From Vicugna vicugna (lineage: Eukaryota), in contig MU058065.1 in assembly GCA_013265495.1 (NCBI GenBank), forward strand, positions 4,257,003-4,321,002: a stretch of 64,000 nucleotides of DNA, written 5' to 3'. Position numbers and translations under genes: made by a program. The notes under the pieces were generated by a model. The model was not told the origin of the DNA. It saw only the letters and a list, made by a program, of their open reading frames with translations, and did no database searches. Of this stretch, positions 38,211 to 51,985 are shown piece after piece (within the stretch, counting starts at the first letter, position 1; the number at the start of each line of letters is the position of its first letter).

Positions 38211-39239
38211 GTTTGTAGAACCCTAGATGGTCTCTTTCCCCGACTCCCTCTCCTGAGAAGGCCTTTAAGGGACAGAGAGCTCCTTGGGGCATGATCACTT
38301 GCTTGATGGTCTTACAGTGTCAGTGAACAGGGGACAAGTACGGCTGACTGTGATGGGGCAGGATGAGGAAGGATGAGGCTGGGGAGTGGATAACGTAGGA
38401 CCATTTGCTCTACACCTTTCTCTCTCTGCTCCATTTCCATCCCCATTCCTCAATTTCGAATCACCCACCGGAATACCTCTTGGGGTCAGGCATGGCATCG
38501 GCATGAGGAGGGTCTGTGAACCACTGCTCCTGGCCACCCTGCCCTGTTTTTCACTAAGGGGCAGCTCCATACAGGCAAGGAAACAGTTCTGCGTGTTGCA
38601 AATCCAGTTCATGTAAAGATACCCCAGAAGAAGGTCTCTCCAAACTTCTTTTGAGGCTCCTTCCTTTAGACGTGATGGTGGCTTTTTCTTGGCTGAAATT
38701 CAAAGAAACCTTCACAATGAATGAGGAAACACTTTAAATCATGTTGCAATACAGCTTGTCTCTCCTGGTCCTATAAGTTTATTGTATTATTTTTAGAATG
38801 TTTACTTAAAAAGTGTGCAGAGCTGGCCAAGCAGGACCTCTGCATCTTTTATTAGAACACATCTATGTCTTCCATCACCAGGGCCCACTGGCAGGAGGCT
38901 GAACATAGTCCACTGAACCCTTTCTGCCACCAGAAGGATTATTTATTTGCCAGAAGAAGAGAGAAAACAGAAACTCCCTCTCCACCCCTCTCCCTGAATT
39001 CCTTCTGAAACAGAGTGAATGTTCTGCTCAGAAATGAAAGTTCTGTGCCTTGAAATGGGGGCTAGTGAGGAACTGGCCCCTTCAGTCTGTATGAAGCTGA
39101 AGGTGACAGTGGTGTCCTAATCTTGTCACGCACTTGCTCTACAACTTGGACAACTAGCCATTGCTTGTAGGACAGGACGCAGAGGCCTGCATTTGGTATT
39201 TGAGTCCCTTTTGAATCAGGCCCCCACCACCCTGCATGA

Positions 39240-39660
39240 CCCTCCTCTATTTCAGAACTTTCATCTCCAGACTCGTCTCTTCAGTGTCCCCCAGATCCCC
39301 TGTGTTTTTCCATTCCTTTGATCCCACTACTCTCTCTACTAAATGCCTGGCTCTTCTTGTAAACTGATCTCTTCCTGCTCATCTTTCCAGGAAAGGCGCC
39401 CAACTCCCCTCCTGGAGGGCCCTCCCCTGACGGCCCCACTTATGAGGAGCTTTCCAGGTTCCCGTAGGACTCACAATCTACAGCAGTCTGCTCTTTTGCA
39501 TGCTTACAAATGAGAGTCTTATACAGTTATTTATCTTTTTATGTGTGCAAGTTTTATTTTTTTAGTGTCTTGGAAATGGGGAATAGTGGAGGTAGGTTTT
39601 AGTCTTTGTATCCCATGTAGCAATTGACAAATGGCAGGTGCTTAATTAGTGTTTAAGAAT
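39240..39660 (+). mobile_element. Degraded L2 3' region
   Basis: tcttcctgctcatctttcca...cctcccctgac...gtctttgtatccc...ggcaggtgcttaattagtgttt. Confidence 0.5.
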
Positions 39661-40332
39661 CGATTTGGGGATCCTTGCTCTATTTCCACAGGGTGAACCC
39701 TCTTATCATCAACCCAGGGGGAGCATTCTCCAGGTTTTTGATCAAGTGGTGTTTGAGAAACACTTCTTTCCCTAAAATGCTTGCAGGGGGCGGTGGTAGG
39801 TGTTGTGAAGAGGAAGGTCACCTCTGTGGTTTAAAAAAGACAGACAGAAAGAATGAAAGAAATTGCTTTGTACAATGTCGTTGTTCAAGACCCGTGAACG
39901 AATTCAAGGCACTGAAAATCCTGCAGTAAAAAAAGCTCTTTTAGTTTGTTGAATCAACCATTTCCCAAACTATAATTTTGTCTTTTTGTTTGTTTGTTTG
40001 TTTCTCCTCACCTCTCTTTCCTTTTGCCCCATTTCTGTGTTTATAAATTCCATGCTCTTTACTTGACTAGTAGGTTAGGTTTATACATAAGGATCAAAAT
40101 TTAAAAAGCACTTGTGAAACCATCATTGAAAAGGAGAACAATTTTATGTTGTATAAGTTCTAGCATCTTCTATCACCGAGCAAAGGCAGTTAAGGTTGAG
40201 TTGATGTTTCCTAGGAGGGTGGGAAAATGATGTGAGCACAAAGTGAAGAGCTAAGTGATAATATTTGGAGAAAAACAAGAACCGTGAGTACACGCCCTTT
40301 TGTCTCCCTCTGCTCCATGGCAGCAGACAGGT

Positions 40333-41110
40333 GAATCAAATTCAGCAAATGCTTTCTGAGTCCCTGTGATGTGTCGGTTTCATTTGAAGGACTGATGAGA
40401 AAGGAATCAACAATGCAGACAAGATTCCTGAGCTGATGGAGCTCACATTCCAAATGTGAAGACCGTACACATAAACCAATGATGTGTTTCAGACAGTGAT
40501 AAACACTAAGAGGAAAATCACAGAGCAAGATGTGATGGAACACAGCTTGAGGGCAGGGCTCCAGAGAGTGTGGTCACAAAGGTCCCTCTGAGGGGTGCCA
40601 TTTGAGTTGAGATTTGAATGATAAGACACATACAACCGAGGAAAGATTGGGGGCTGGTTGTTCTGGGCAGAAAGACAAGGCGACAGGTAGGGAAAGAGCT
40701 TTGTTTGAGGCTTCGGAGGAAGGCTGGCAAGGGCAGTGTGTCATGAGTTTTGGGCACAGGGAAAAGAACCTGCAAGTTTACATAGGAGCCTTGTAGGTCA
40801 GGGGAGCCATGGGAGGGTGTAATGGGGAGGGATGATGTAATCTGATCTACATTTTGCAAATGTCACACTAGCTGCTCTGTGTACAAAGGGGAGTGTGTGT
40901 TGGGAGACAAGAATGGAAGCAGTGAGGTTATTACATGAATATTAATTCAAGTGAGAGATGAGAGTGGTTTGCACCAGGTATTAAGGATGACAGAAATACA
41001 GAGAGATTTAGGATATATTTTTGCGATGAAAATGATATAATAAGCTTATGGAATTGGCATGGAGGTGAGAAAAAAAATGAGATCAGGGATGACTTCTAGG
41101 TGCCAAGGCT
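40333..41110 (-). mobile_element. L2 LINE 3' portion
   Basis: attcagcaaatgctttctgagt...atggagctcacattc...ctctgaggggtgccatttgagttgagatttgaatga...ggggagccatggga...gctgctctgtg...ggatgacttctagg. Confidence 0.88.
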
Positions 41111-41771
41111 AGTGCTGGAGAGAGTAGTTAGGCGAGTTTGACATGAACCCCAGCATCACTGCTGTAGCCTGTCCTGCCCAGGGCACCTGGGCTGGTAAGC
41201 CCCATGGATGGGAATGCCTCAGACATTTTGAATAAATATTTTATATTCCTTCCTTATAATAAAGATTATATTATTTCATTGCCAATTTAAGTCAAGAACC
41301 ATTCAGAGGAACATAGTTTTAGTTTGAAAGAAGAAAAAAAATCATTAAATGATTGAAATAAACAATATTCAACATGCATAATGAGTTGAGATATACAATG
41401 GGTTGGGTCTTACTAACCCAGAGGTGGGATGTGCAGCTTTTCCCCCTGGTGGGGAGATTAAGTCTCTTGGCATTTAAATAGAGGCAAGGTCCGGTTCTCC
41501 CATGGCTGGGGAAGGGGCTGATTTGATGTCAGGAGTGGTTAGAGGATAACCAGTTGTTTGGTGATCTGACCGAGAATATCAAACAGACACCACCATTCTC
41601 TCAGTGTCTGACTCTGAGCATTTCAGTGTCTTGTTTTGACCTGACTTCCTTTAAGCTTTTTTTCATCATGGTGTTAGCAATTGTTATGATGCCTTAAGAA
41701 GTAAAGAGAAGGAATTTCTTCTAGGAAAATATACTAAGAAGGAGAGGGCCTCTTGCTCCTTGCCTAGCTAT

Positions 41772-42165
41772 ATGTATCAGTCAGGATCCTGGAAGAAAAC
41801 ATACAGCACATTGAGCTGGGATTTTTGAAGGCTTCCAGAAAAGGTACTGTTGATAGAGAGAGCCAACTGATATACTGAAATACTCTGAGACTGGCAGTGG
41901 TGGTCAGCTCTACAGATGCAAGGGAGGACAAAAGTGCTATCAAACTTGAAAAGGATCAGAGACGTGAAAAAAGAAGCTGCAGTGGCCACTGTCACCTAGG
42001 GACCTGAACCCCAGTGGGGAGGGAGCATGCAGGGAAGAAATGGCCCCACTTGTCAGCTGATTCCCAAAGGGAAGTCAGAGGGTCAAGGATCCGGGCCTCA
42101 CACTCCTGGGGCCCAAGTCAGAGCAGAGAAGGGTAGAAAACAGATTTGGGGGTGAAACTACATTT
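41772..42165 (-). mobile_element. ERVL LTR remnant, LTR33-like
   Basis: tgtatcagtcaggatcc...gaaaacatacagcaca; ggaagtcagagggtcaagg...cagagcagagaagggtagaaaacagatttggggg. Confidence 0.6.
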
Positions 42166-43582
42166 GTCCCTTTAAGGTCACTTTTGGTTCTGTGATTTCA
42201 AGTTTGTATTCACTCTTCTGTTGGTTGTTTTACATACCACCTTTCACATGCTGGGCACACAGGTAGAAGTAACAGCTGTAATCACTACAGAGATAGATGG
42301 TAGTTGGCGACTGAGTCGGAGAGGTCCGCTGGTATCAAATGGCCATAGATGGCCAAACCTCTGTTTCTAAACATGCAGTTTGAAAGGAAAAAAATAACAA
42401 AGTGCAAAAAAAGCCAGTTCAATTCCAAATCACATTGTGGGATTGTGTTTTCTCAGAGTTAGTGAGACATTGACACGTGAATTCTTACAAGAAGGGTGTG
42501 GGATCCATCACTCTTTCTCATGTCTCTTCTACTTCTTCAACACTAGAGAAATGTTCCAGGCATTGGACCAGCAAGAACTTGGTGCCAGCCAGGAATGAGC
42601 ATGAATGGAACTTGGCCCAGCTCAGGAATTAAGAGGTCCACCCTACGCTGCTTAACCTTCTTCCCTGCTTAGCTACAGGATGCAGCAGCGTAAATCCTCC
42701 CAGCCTCTTCCTTCTTATCTGAACTGCACTGTGGTTATTAAACAAATTGTGGATCTGTTCCACATCCTCTCTAACACTTTGAAAACCACACAATGGGAGG
42801 CTTAATGAAGATGGCATGCCCCAGAATGACATAGAACTGAAAATATGACTACATCAAAAGTCTTTAGAAGGCAAGATTTTAATGGCTGAATAATATGCTG
42901 GAACAGAGGAGTCATTTCTTCTCGAATGCTAGGATGAATTATTTATGCTTTGACAACATTATGTGTCTCTAAAGCAGCTTTTAGTTATTCGCCACTTCTG
43001 CCTACAGCTGATCCCGCTGCCCGTTCTTGTAATTACATTAACCTCTTGACTTTACATGGCAACCCTTTCCTGTGTGCTGCGATCAATAGCCTATAACTAC
43101 ACCTCTTTAATAGGGCCATAGTTACACTTCAGTTCAGATACAATTAACTTTTGTCCTCCTTTTCTTTTTGGTGGGGCATGGAATAAAATTTCTGATTTTG
43201 ACATCTGAAACAAAGGAAATCATTCTGAAGGAAAAAAAATCTTACGTAAACATAGGCAGATCCTACGAGAAGAAGTGATGGCAATGATAAAAGGACCAGT
43301 TGAAAACCCATTTCTGCAAATATAAGGGATGAGAAAGCCTGGGAGAAGCAGTGGATTTCAAAGTGCTAAATTTGTGTTGTGGCCTTTAAATCTCTGCTTC
43401 GATAAACTTTTTACTTTCACTAGGATTAAGGGCACTGTGGACCACCAACTAACCTGCTCAAGCTGTATCAATTAATTATAGTGTGCATGTAAATAGAGAA
43501 GCATAATGTTAAATGTTCAAACACCTTTGAGGTCAGCTAGTTAAATCTTTCTCGTTGACTAAGAAAAATTGAGAGAAGTATG

Positions 43583-43748
43583 GCAGGAGGATGCTAGAGC
43601 CTGCCAGCTCAGAAAAGCAGATTATGTGTGTTCAGTCACATCCGGTAGCCAAATCAGCCTTTGCGGTAATATTTACACCATGGAAATTGGCAAACATTAC
43701 ATCTAGTGCCTTTCCCCTCAAAGAGCTACTTAAACGTTTACCTGTGTA
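43583..43748 (+). mobile_element. MER63-type hAT transposon (second copy)
   Basis: atatttacaccatggaaattggcaaac...aaacgtttacc, shared with the copy at 5697-5960. Confidence 0.75.
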
Positions 43749-44139
43749 TTACTATATACATATATACCACATATATATGTCATTATGTGCTGTATTATAT
43801 AGGTAACCTGTCTATCTTGCTAGTAGGAAATAGTCTCAGAAAACTTTCCCAGGCATTTTCATGACTACATTTTAATGCTTATTTATTGATTCCTTTGTAA
43901 TGTATTCACACACATACACAAACACGAGTACACACACTCTCATTAGCTACCCACATGGACTTGTGGAGAACTGCACTTTAGACTAGACTGCAGTTTGCCC
44001 AGAAGGCTTTTAAACCTGTAGATCACTTTGAGAAACTCGACAGAAAGCTCATGAGAATCAACTCTAATATAGGCATGGTGATCAAGTCTGCAAAGAGACA
44101 CGCTTGACATACTAAGGGTTTTCGATGTGAACTGAACAT

Positions 44140-44290
44140 CAACCCATATAAAGAACCAATATGATTATTTCTACATCACCAGGGAGACAGCTGAAGCTCA
44201 GAAGATTCAGCGACGTATTCAAGGCCACACAAAAGAATGGAACCTCCATAGTCATTCCATGTCTCCAAGCTGAGAGCATTTCCCGTCACT
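44140..44290 (-). mobile_element. MIR remnant
   Basis: ctgaagctcagaagattcagcgac...caaggccacaca. Confidence 0.55.
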
Positions 44291-44375
44291 TTACACTGCC
44301 TTGAAACTATACCTGAAAATCCTGGTCCTCACTCTCACTCTGATAAGCCTCAGAGGAGGAGTAGCTGAAGAGAAG

Positions 44376-44411
44376 AGAGGAGGAGGAGGAGGAGGAGGAG
44401 GAGGCGGCGGC
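44376..44411. repeat. (GGA)n-(GGC)n trinucleotide repeat
   Basis: About 9 GGA units followed by GGC units. Confidence 0.9.
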
Positions 44412-44544
44412 ACCTGGGTTCTGGAAGAGCCTTGGGGTCTCTCAGTTCTTTCTCCCCTTACCGATAAATAAAATACATTCCAGTTTAACCTCAGCATGTG
44501 CCAAAAGTTCCCTATTTCTTGGACTTTCCTCATTAGGGAATAAA

Positions 44545-44692
44545 GCCCAATTTTGAGAATGCATACAAATCACTCTGGGAGATTTGATTCCACAGGTCAA
44601 GGACTGGGGTCCAGATATTTGAATATTTAATGACCCTCCAGTACATGCTGATGTATGAACTTCCATTCCCCCACACTGAAACGGAGGCTGCT
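44545..44692. mobile_element. MER5-type fragment
   Basis: tgcatacaaatcac...gatttgattccacaggtc...ggggtccagatatttgaatatttaa...ctccagtacatgctgatg. Confidence 0.6.
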
Positions 44693-45579
44693 CCAGCCCT
44701 AGGACACTGTAAATCCTCTCTTCTTAGCTTCTCTTGGGGGTAGCTACACTCTAATTCCCTTCTGCTGTTTCTGTACCCACTCGAGAGATTATTTTTTCAC
44801 GCTAAATTTGCTGATCGCGTAATTTGTGTAGGCATCAAGCATCTATATTATGTAGATCACTTTCCTGCAATACAGCAAGTCTGACACTGTCATAAAAGAA
44901 AATTAGAGTCGTCTGACAGGATTTCAGCAGCCACTAGCTATTTCTTAAGGTGATTTTTAAACCAGATGCATTATCTATGGGGAACACTGGATGGGTCCTA
45001 AATTATTGCTATTGGTAATGGGGAGTTTTATTTTATTATTTCTAAGATACACGGCTCTGATAATATAGTGCAGAAGATAGTACCTTTATAGCATTATAGA
45101 ATTAGAGAGAAGATTAATTCAGTTCACATTCAAAACCCTTGTTGTTTCAAACGGGTCTGGTTGCAGCCGTGACAATTGTGCCTGTCTTTGTAGAGTTGAT
45201 TCTCATGAGCTTTTCTTTGAGTTTTTCAAAGTGATCTACAAGCTCAAAAGTCTTCTGAGCAATCTGTCATCTAATTTAAAGCACGACTCCCTGCAAGTCG
45301 GTGTGGGTACCTACTGTGGGTGTGTGTGTTCATGTCATAGAGTTGTTCTGAGCTTTAGGGGAGGTGTACAGAATGAAAAAATTTGACCCCAGGTTCTTGG
45401 GTGCAGGGTCACGTCAAGGTTCCCATGGCCTAATTCTGGGACTGCATCGCTTGCTCTGAAATGGGTTCACAGGAAATCTCTGTTTTGCGGTCAAGAGTCT
45501 GAAGGTCTGAGTACCGGAAGTGGGAGATACAGTGAGGCATGAAGAAAGAATAAGTGATGGTGGTTCAAAGCACGCACAT

Positions 45580-45760
45580 GGCAATTTCTGAACACTTACC
45601 ACGGTAAGAACTTTATGTAGATAATCTCATTTGCTTCCTAAAATAATCCATTGAGTATGCACTATCATAGCCATTTCCAGAGGAGGAAACTGAATGATTG
45701 ATTACATGATTTGCCCAAAGCCACACAGCTTCTAAACGGGGGTCTGATTTGAATCCATCA
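45580..45760 (-). mobile_element. MIR SINE
   Basis: atctcatttg...ccatttccagaggaggaaactga...tgatttgcccaaagccacacagct...gatttgaatcc. Confidence 0.85.
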
Positions 45761-48700
45761 AAAGTAGCAGGGAAGTAAGACAGGCCATGGGATTAGGTGA
45801 ACCCAGTAGCAGCTTCTCTCCCCATATGTCTTGAGCTGCAGGATCACATCAGTCTAAAGGTTAGGGAAGATGGTGTGTGAGCAATAGAAGTACTTCCTTT
45901 GCTTCCTGGAATCCCCTGGAAACTAGAGTACAAGAGGGTGGGTTGTTAATACCCAGTAACTCCGAATGGACGCAACTTTCTTTTCATTGAGGGTTTGTAA
46001 GAACTAGATCGAATTAACAATAACGATTACACAATCTGCTTTTCTAGGGAGTTTTTCAAGTGTTGGATATTTTATTGGTTAGAGTCATTGTAAACATAAT
46101 CTGTTCCAAAGATGAGAAGGGCGATATGATAGCTCACTTTCTTGGGTCTTTCTGATTCATCTCTGTTTCTTTTGGTTCGATTCAGTGGGGAAGAGCCAGT
46201 TTTTGGACATGGTATCTAATTAAGTAGTAAAAGTTTACACTCTGCATTCAACTCTAGGGACGGTCATTTCTTTTCTTTTTATGGGTGGTCTGTAAGAGCC
46301 AGCAGAACAATGAACTCCAGACCCATCAGGACGGAGCACACACATTGCAGAAGCATTCTGCCTTTTCAATGGGCTTAAATCACATAGAAACAAAATCTGA
46401 GCCCTTTCATGTAGATGGGGCTAAAGGGTCTGATGTTGGTCTACAAAATAGTGCTTTGCCAAAAGGTCCCAGATTCTTTCAGATCCAATACAGATTCTCC
46501 TGCAACATCTGGATCCATTTCCAAATGAAAAACTCATGGGTTAATGAAATTGCCAGATGTGACTACTTGCCAAAATATTGAGAGGCTTTTGTTAGCGAGT
46601 CCCTGCTTTAGAGGGACACGTAAGAGGGGTTGAATTATTGTTCTGATCTTATCCTTCTAGACAAATCAACATTTTCAAGCTTTGCAGGCAGATATCACTA
46701 TTTGAACACTTTACACCAGAAGGGTTTTTCTGCTTCATAGGTAAGATAGCTGAAACCTTGAATTTAAAGTACCTTTTTCACCTTCACAACTGGATTATCC
46801 TCTGTTCTCCTGGAGAAGTTATCTACCCCGTCCCTGACCCATCTCATGACCCTATACAGCTTTTGATCATTAATGTAGAATCAAAAGAAAAAAAAATCTA
46901 CTCGCGATATCTAAATCCAGAGATGTCCAGTCTTAATCTTGTTTCTCTACCTTAGTTTCAATTGTGCACATTGTGAAGCAATTTCTCTCTGCTCAGGAGA
47001 GGCAAATATTTCCTTCCGGAAGGGTGAATCACTCAGAAAATAATAAATCCTACCCTGGTGTTCTTTTTTAATGTTGCAATTCCTTCCTTAATGGGGACAT
47101 CTGACCCCCATAACCCCTTTTCCCATTCTAAAAGTACAACCTCAAACCCAAATAAATAACTTCTACCATCAAAGGGCTCAGAAACAAAATGCTTTTTAGA
47201 AAACAATGGTGGCCGAGCCTCAAGACTTACTGCACCAAATAACTTTAACACAGTCCCTCTAAAACCAAGCAAGATGCCGAGACAACGATGCCGCCACAGG
47301 CTTTAAAAGCAGGTTCCATAGAAGATCCCAAATCTGTCCTGAATGGGCACAGAGAAGGCCGAACAATAGACGCAATTTCAAAGAATGAGGACATTCCTTA
47401 TTTTGAGCTCTAGTTAGAAAAAAGAAAGGGAGTGGCAGGTAATGACAAATGACCTGAAGATGAGGGAAGGTGATGGCAATGGAGCCCTGCCTGCTGTGAG
47501 AAGGACGTTTGTCTTGTCCTGGAAACCAGAGCAGACTGCTTTCTTGAGGAGGGGAGCCCTTCTTTGTCACCCTGGGAAGGTTTGCCGTGTAAACTGTACC
47601 TTGCTGGTTAGATGAGCTCCCTCCGTTTCAGGGACAGGAGTTTCTCCTTTGAGGATGAAGTTGATACCAATGTAGAAAACAATGCCTGAGTGAAACCAGG
47701 AAAGGTCTGTTGTTCAGGAAAGAGAAGCCGGAAGGCTGGGTTGTAGCCAAAGGTTGGCAGTCCTGACCTATGGGCCAAGACAATTTGTGGTTTGCAGTAT
47801 ACTGTAGCTGGACAAGGGTTTAGCTTGCATACGGGAGAGAGCTCTGACCAGAGACTCAAGAACTCTGTGTTCTGCTCCCTACCGGTGCTGCTTCCCCAGA
47901 TGCAAATTGTTATGTTTGGCTCTAGGGGTCTTACATTCATTTCTCTTACTCTTTATTCCATTTATTTTCTTTAAACCTTTTGGACAGCTGGTATTTCCTT
48001 TTTTTCTTTCTCTGTTGCTATGGTGTCACATTGTGTGTTAGTTTGGGTTGGAGGTCGACTAGAAGTATATCTTCTAGATGCTCTCTCTAGTGGCGATGTT
48101 CACCTGTGATATTTTGTTCCACAGTTTCCCAGCATTTAAAGAGCAGGGGGAATGTGTGAATTTTCTTGTTCTTAGATACTTTAAACCTCTAGAGGACAGA
48201 TTTTTCCAGAACAACAACAACAAAATCTTGATATGATTCATCACTTCCCCTAGTATCTAGTTTGCTACACTCAGTCATTAATTCTAGCTTAAACTGAAGG
48301 CTCAAATATTTCTTTAATTCTCAGTCTGCTATTCAAATAAGGAGACAGTAATACCTTCTTGTATCACTTTTAAATCTAAAGTATTTGGAGATCTTCAGAT
48401 GAAAAAAGAATTCGAGATTAAGTACACTGCATTGTTTTTCTCCCTTACCTCAGATCAAAACAGCTTATCTTTCCATTTATTTTCTCTGGATCTCTCTCTT
48501 TTTGCATGGACACCTCTTACAGATTTCAAAAATTGAAGTTTAGTCTTTTCATATTCTTAAAATGCTAAATGCCCCTTGTAGGACTTCATCTAAAGAACAA
48601 GTTGTCTTTCTTTAGAAACGTGGATAATCACTTTCTTTTCAGACAGCTGTCTCAAAAGACTTTCCTATTACATACCTTGTAAGTTGAAGAAATAACATTT

Positions 48701-49725
48701 CTATGAAAATAAATGACCAAAGCCACTTCAGAAAGCAGCAAACTTCAAACAACGTGGTAATTTGTAGACCCCTCTGACATCCCAAGTGCATAATGGATTT
48801 GCAAAGACATTGAAGATTAAGTAAAATACCTATGAAGTCACAACTCTATTTAAACATTTTTTCCTTTAAAAATCTTTATTTTTTTGGAAAATATATTTGC
48901 TGATAAATATTCCCCTAGAAACCACTGTGGTTTTCATCTCTGTCCCAGGTAGTCCATCCATCCAAAAGATGCAGTTGATAAAACCCACAGGCTTAAGGCC
49001 AAATTTAGCCCTAGTGGGTCATAGAGTCTTATTAAAAAAAAACAACTTCAGATAATCTGGGAGGTACTTTGAAATAACATCCTGGAAAGGGTATTTTCTG
49101 CTTGGGTTAGAGGCATTGGGAAAAAACCCATGGTGTATCCAAATGTGAACCATTTGAGGCTTCTGTTCTGGTGATGGGGCCACTTTATTGAGTACTGTCA
49201 CCCACATTGGATTTATGGGCTCCAACAGAGAGCTGGGGACTGTAAATTCCGAGGCCTGCTTATTAGAACCCAGGAGCATTTGACAATGCACATAATTAAT
49301 GGTCATTTGCTAAAAGTATTTTGGGGAATTTTATTCAAACAAAGTGGAAAAGAAACACATTAAATCTTAGTCCTGTTATATATGCTGGGACATTATATCC
49401 ATTTGGTGCCCATAAATCATTTAGCTATGAATACTTAGGAAGAGCAAGAAAGTGATACCCTGTGTACGCTCTGAGCTAATATTGTCTTAGTATTTGATTA
49501 CAGAAATAGTGTCCTTAATGGACAGAGTCATGCTCCAGATCCAATGTCCAGTTGGAGCAGCGGCACTGTGAAATGGTAACAAGAGGATTGTAGAGCAGGA
49601 TCAACCAGAGTTCAGGAGTGTGAACTTGGTGATGAAATAAGACTTTTACCAGCCTTGTCAAAAGACTCTCTTTGTCTCTTTTATTGTATTGCCTTCCAGT
49701 GACTGGATTTGTTGCCCATGTGTAA

Positions 49726-49727
<2 letters not shown>

Positions 49728-49772
<45 letters not shown>

Positions 49773-49775
49773 TGT
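49728..49775. repeat. (GT)n microsatellite
   Basis: About 24 GT units with one interruption. Confidence 0.97.
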
Positions 49776-51664
49776 CTACTTTTGGAGAGGGATAGTATTA
49801 AAAACATTTGGCCTGGTTTTGCTATCTTTTTTATTGGGTCAATGAAAGAATGGAGGGCAGTGGCTGCTTCTGTGAGAACTGGAGGAATAAACCTGAATCT
49901 TAAAGCAAATAGAAGATTCATGCTTTATGAACAGCTACAAAAAATCATTTCAATATGAGTCAAACCAGAGCTGAATCTTTGTCCCCCATACCCAGGGTAA
50001 AGTAGAAAATTTAAGAAGAGGAGGAGGAAGAAGGTGGGAGGAGAAGGGGAAAACAGAAATACTGTCTGCAAAATTCAGACACCCCATGCAGGCCTTGTGA
50101 AGTGATGAGGAGAGTCAAGGGGCTTGTTTTAAGTGCTGACTGCATGGGCATGTCGTGTAATTTGGGACAAACCACTTAAACTTTCTGGTCTCAGTGTGCA
50201 ATTCTAAAAAATGAAGGAAAATCAATCGTTAAGACCACTCAAGACTTTCTAATTGCAAATATTTATGATTCCAAATTGACATTTTCAGGAAACACACAAT
50301 CACACAAAAGAGGTGGATTTTTTTTTTTTTTTGTCCAAATGATCCATATAATTATCTTATGTCTCTGGTTCAGTAGACACAGGCGTGCTCTCCCTGGCTG
50401 CCACCGTATATCATTTCTAGGTGCAAAGTTGAAGCATTTTCTGCCTAAAGGGGAAGAAAAGAGCATTATTTAAGGGCATACAAGCAAACTGTGGGAGAGC
50501 TTTAAAAAAAATCTTTTAAAAATTTGACCTGAGTGCCAATCTTTAAAATTTGGCAGAAGAAAATAAAAAGGACTTCATATATTTGTCGAGAGAAGTTGGT
50601 ACAGAACTTGATCGGCAAATTGACTTCTTTGGAGATGGTTTTTGATACTTCTTGTTAGTTTCAGGATGCCATAAGTGGGAAGTTTGGAACTTGGAACTAC
50701 TAGAGCTCAAATGTTAATTGTGTCCACCAGTTTTTAAATTCATGGTGATTTAGATGTAATTGTCCACATGAAAGTTATGAGAATAAAGCCAGACCTGTTT
50801 AAAAATTTAAATATAGAAGCAAATAAATACATCACCTTATCCAGATTCATATCTATAGTTTGAAGAGATTTTATGTATATGTATATTTTTGTCAGTGTCT
50901 GCTACTTCTCTTCCCTAGAAAAGTCTTTGGCCTCTAGAAGAGTCTTTAGCCTCTCAGCATAGTATTAAAGAATAACTTAAGGGCTCAATCAACTAAAGAC
51001 TTTTTCATTCTTATTTCTGAAATTCAGGCCATCTTTGGTATTGAAAAATTCTTTCACTTTTTGGTGGCTGCCCAGAATGTCTATACTAAATAAGATATGG
51101 AAGAAGATGAAAATTGTGTTTCAGATCAACACTTAACTCATGATCATGAGATCTTGAAGCCACTTGAACATTTTGAACTAAAATTTTGACCACTGAATTT
51201 AGATAAAAAGATTCACTTCCCTAGAAAATGGTATCTTTGAAATAGATACTTTCCCATCATATCTATTCATGATCAGCCAAGTCAAAGGGAAAAAAAATGG
51301 CTGATCACACATTGTTTTGAATCGCAAGGAGTTCTTTGGAGGGTGGAGATGGGGAAGCAGGCATTTACCCTCATCAGAAGTTGGCAGAAGAACCAAGAAC
51401 TGAGCCTTTTCTTCTCCAGGGGTGGTATTAAGGTTTTCATCCCCAACTGTGCCTACATGTGAGCCAAGCGAAAAGTAGTAATAATGTGTTTTAAATAATG
51501 CAACCCAAGCTATTTTAGACAGTTAGAGATTTATAAGAGAAGGCAGCCAGGAAATTTCTCTGCTGGTGCAGTTGGGAAAAAGGCCATCATCCATTTGTCT
51601 AGTCTATTCCATCTCTTAGACACCAAAGAGGCACTAAGCGGAGGCTACTGGTGTGCCCGACTAG

Positions 51665-51775
51665 AGCAGGGAAAATGTTAACGTCTGTCAAGTCTCGATG
51701 GTGGGTGTACAGCATTTATTACATTAGTCTCTGTCTTTCTGGATGTTTGAGACTTTTCATATTAAAACAAAAGTG
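51665..51775 (+). mobile_element. L1ME-type extreme 3' fragment
   Basis: aaaatgttaac...gatggtgggtgtacag...tttctggatgtttgagacttttcatattaaaa. Confidence 0.6.
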
Positions 51776-51784
51776 AGTATGAGT

Positions 51785-51985
51785 TTAGAATCAAGCCTTG
51801 AATTTCAAATTCCTAGCACCTTACTTTCCAGCTATGGTGACCTTAGGCCAGTTACTTAGCTTCTTGGAGCCTCAGCTCCCTCAGTAACATAAAATGAATA
51901 GTAATACCCACCACGTGGGTGGATCTGAGGATCCTGTATAACTACACAGTGCCTGACAAGTGACTGGTTTCTCGTTTGGTAGCGG
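51785..51985 (+). mobile_element. MIR SINE
   Basis: tagaatcaag...tcaaattcctagc...gtgaccttaggccagttactta...gagcctcag...taaaatgaatagtaatacc. Confidence 0.85.

Noticed and set aside
44291..44533. ORF with poly-proline
   Set aside because: Translation of the (GGA)n microsatellite, flanked by MIR and MER5 debris.
50915..50952. 19-bp imperfect tandem duplication
   Set aside because: Two copies only (17/19 identical); a common slippage product, not an array.
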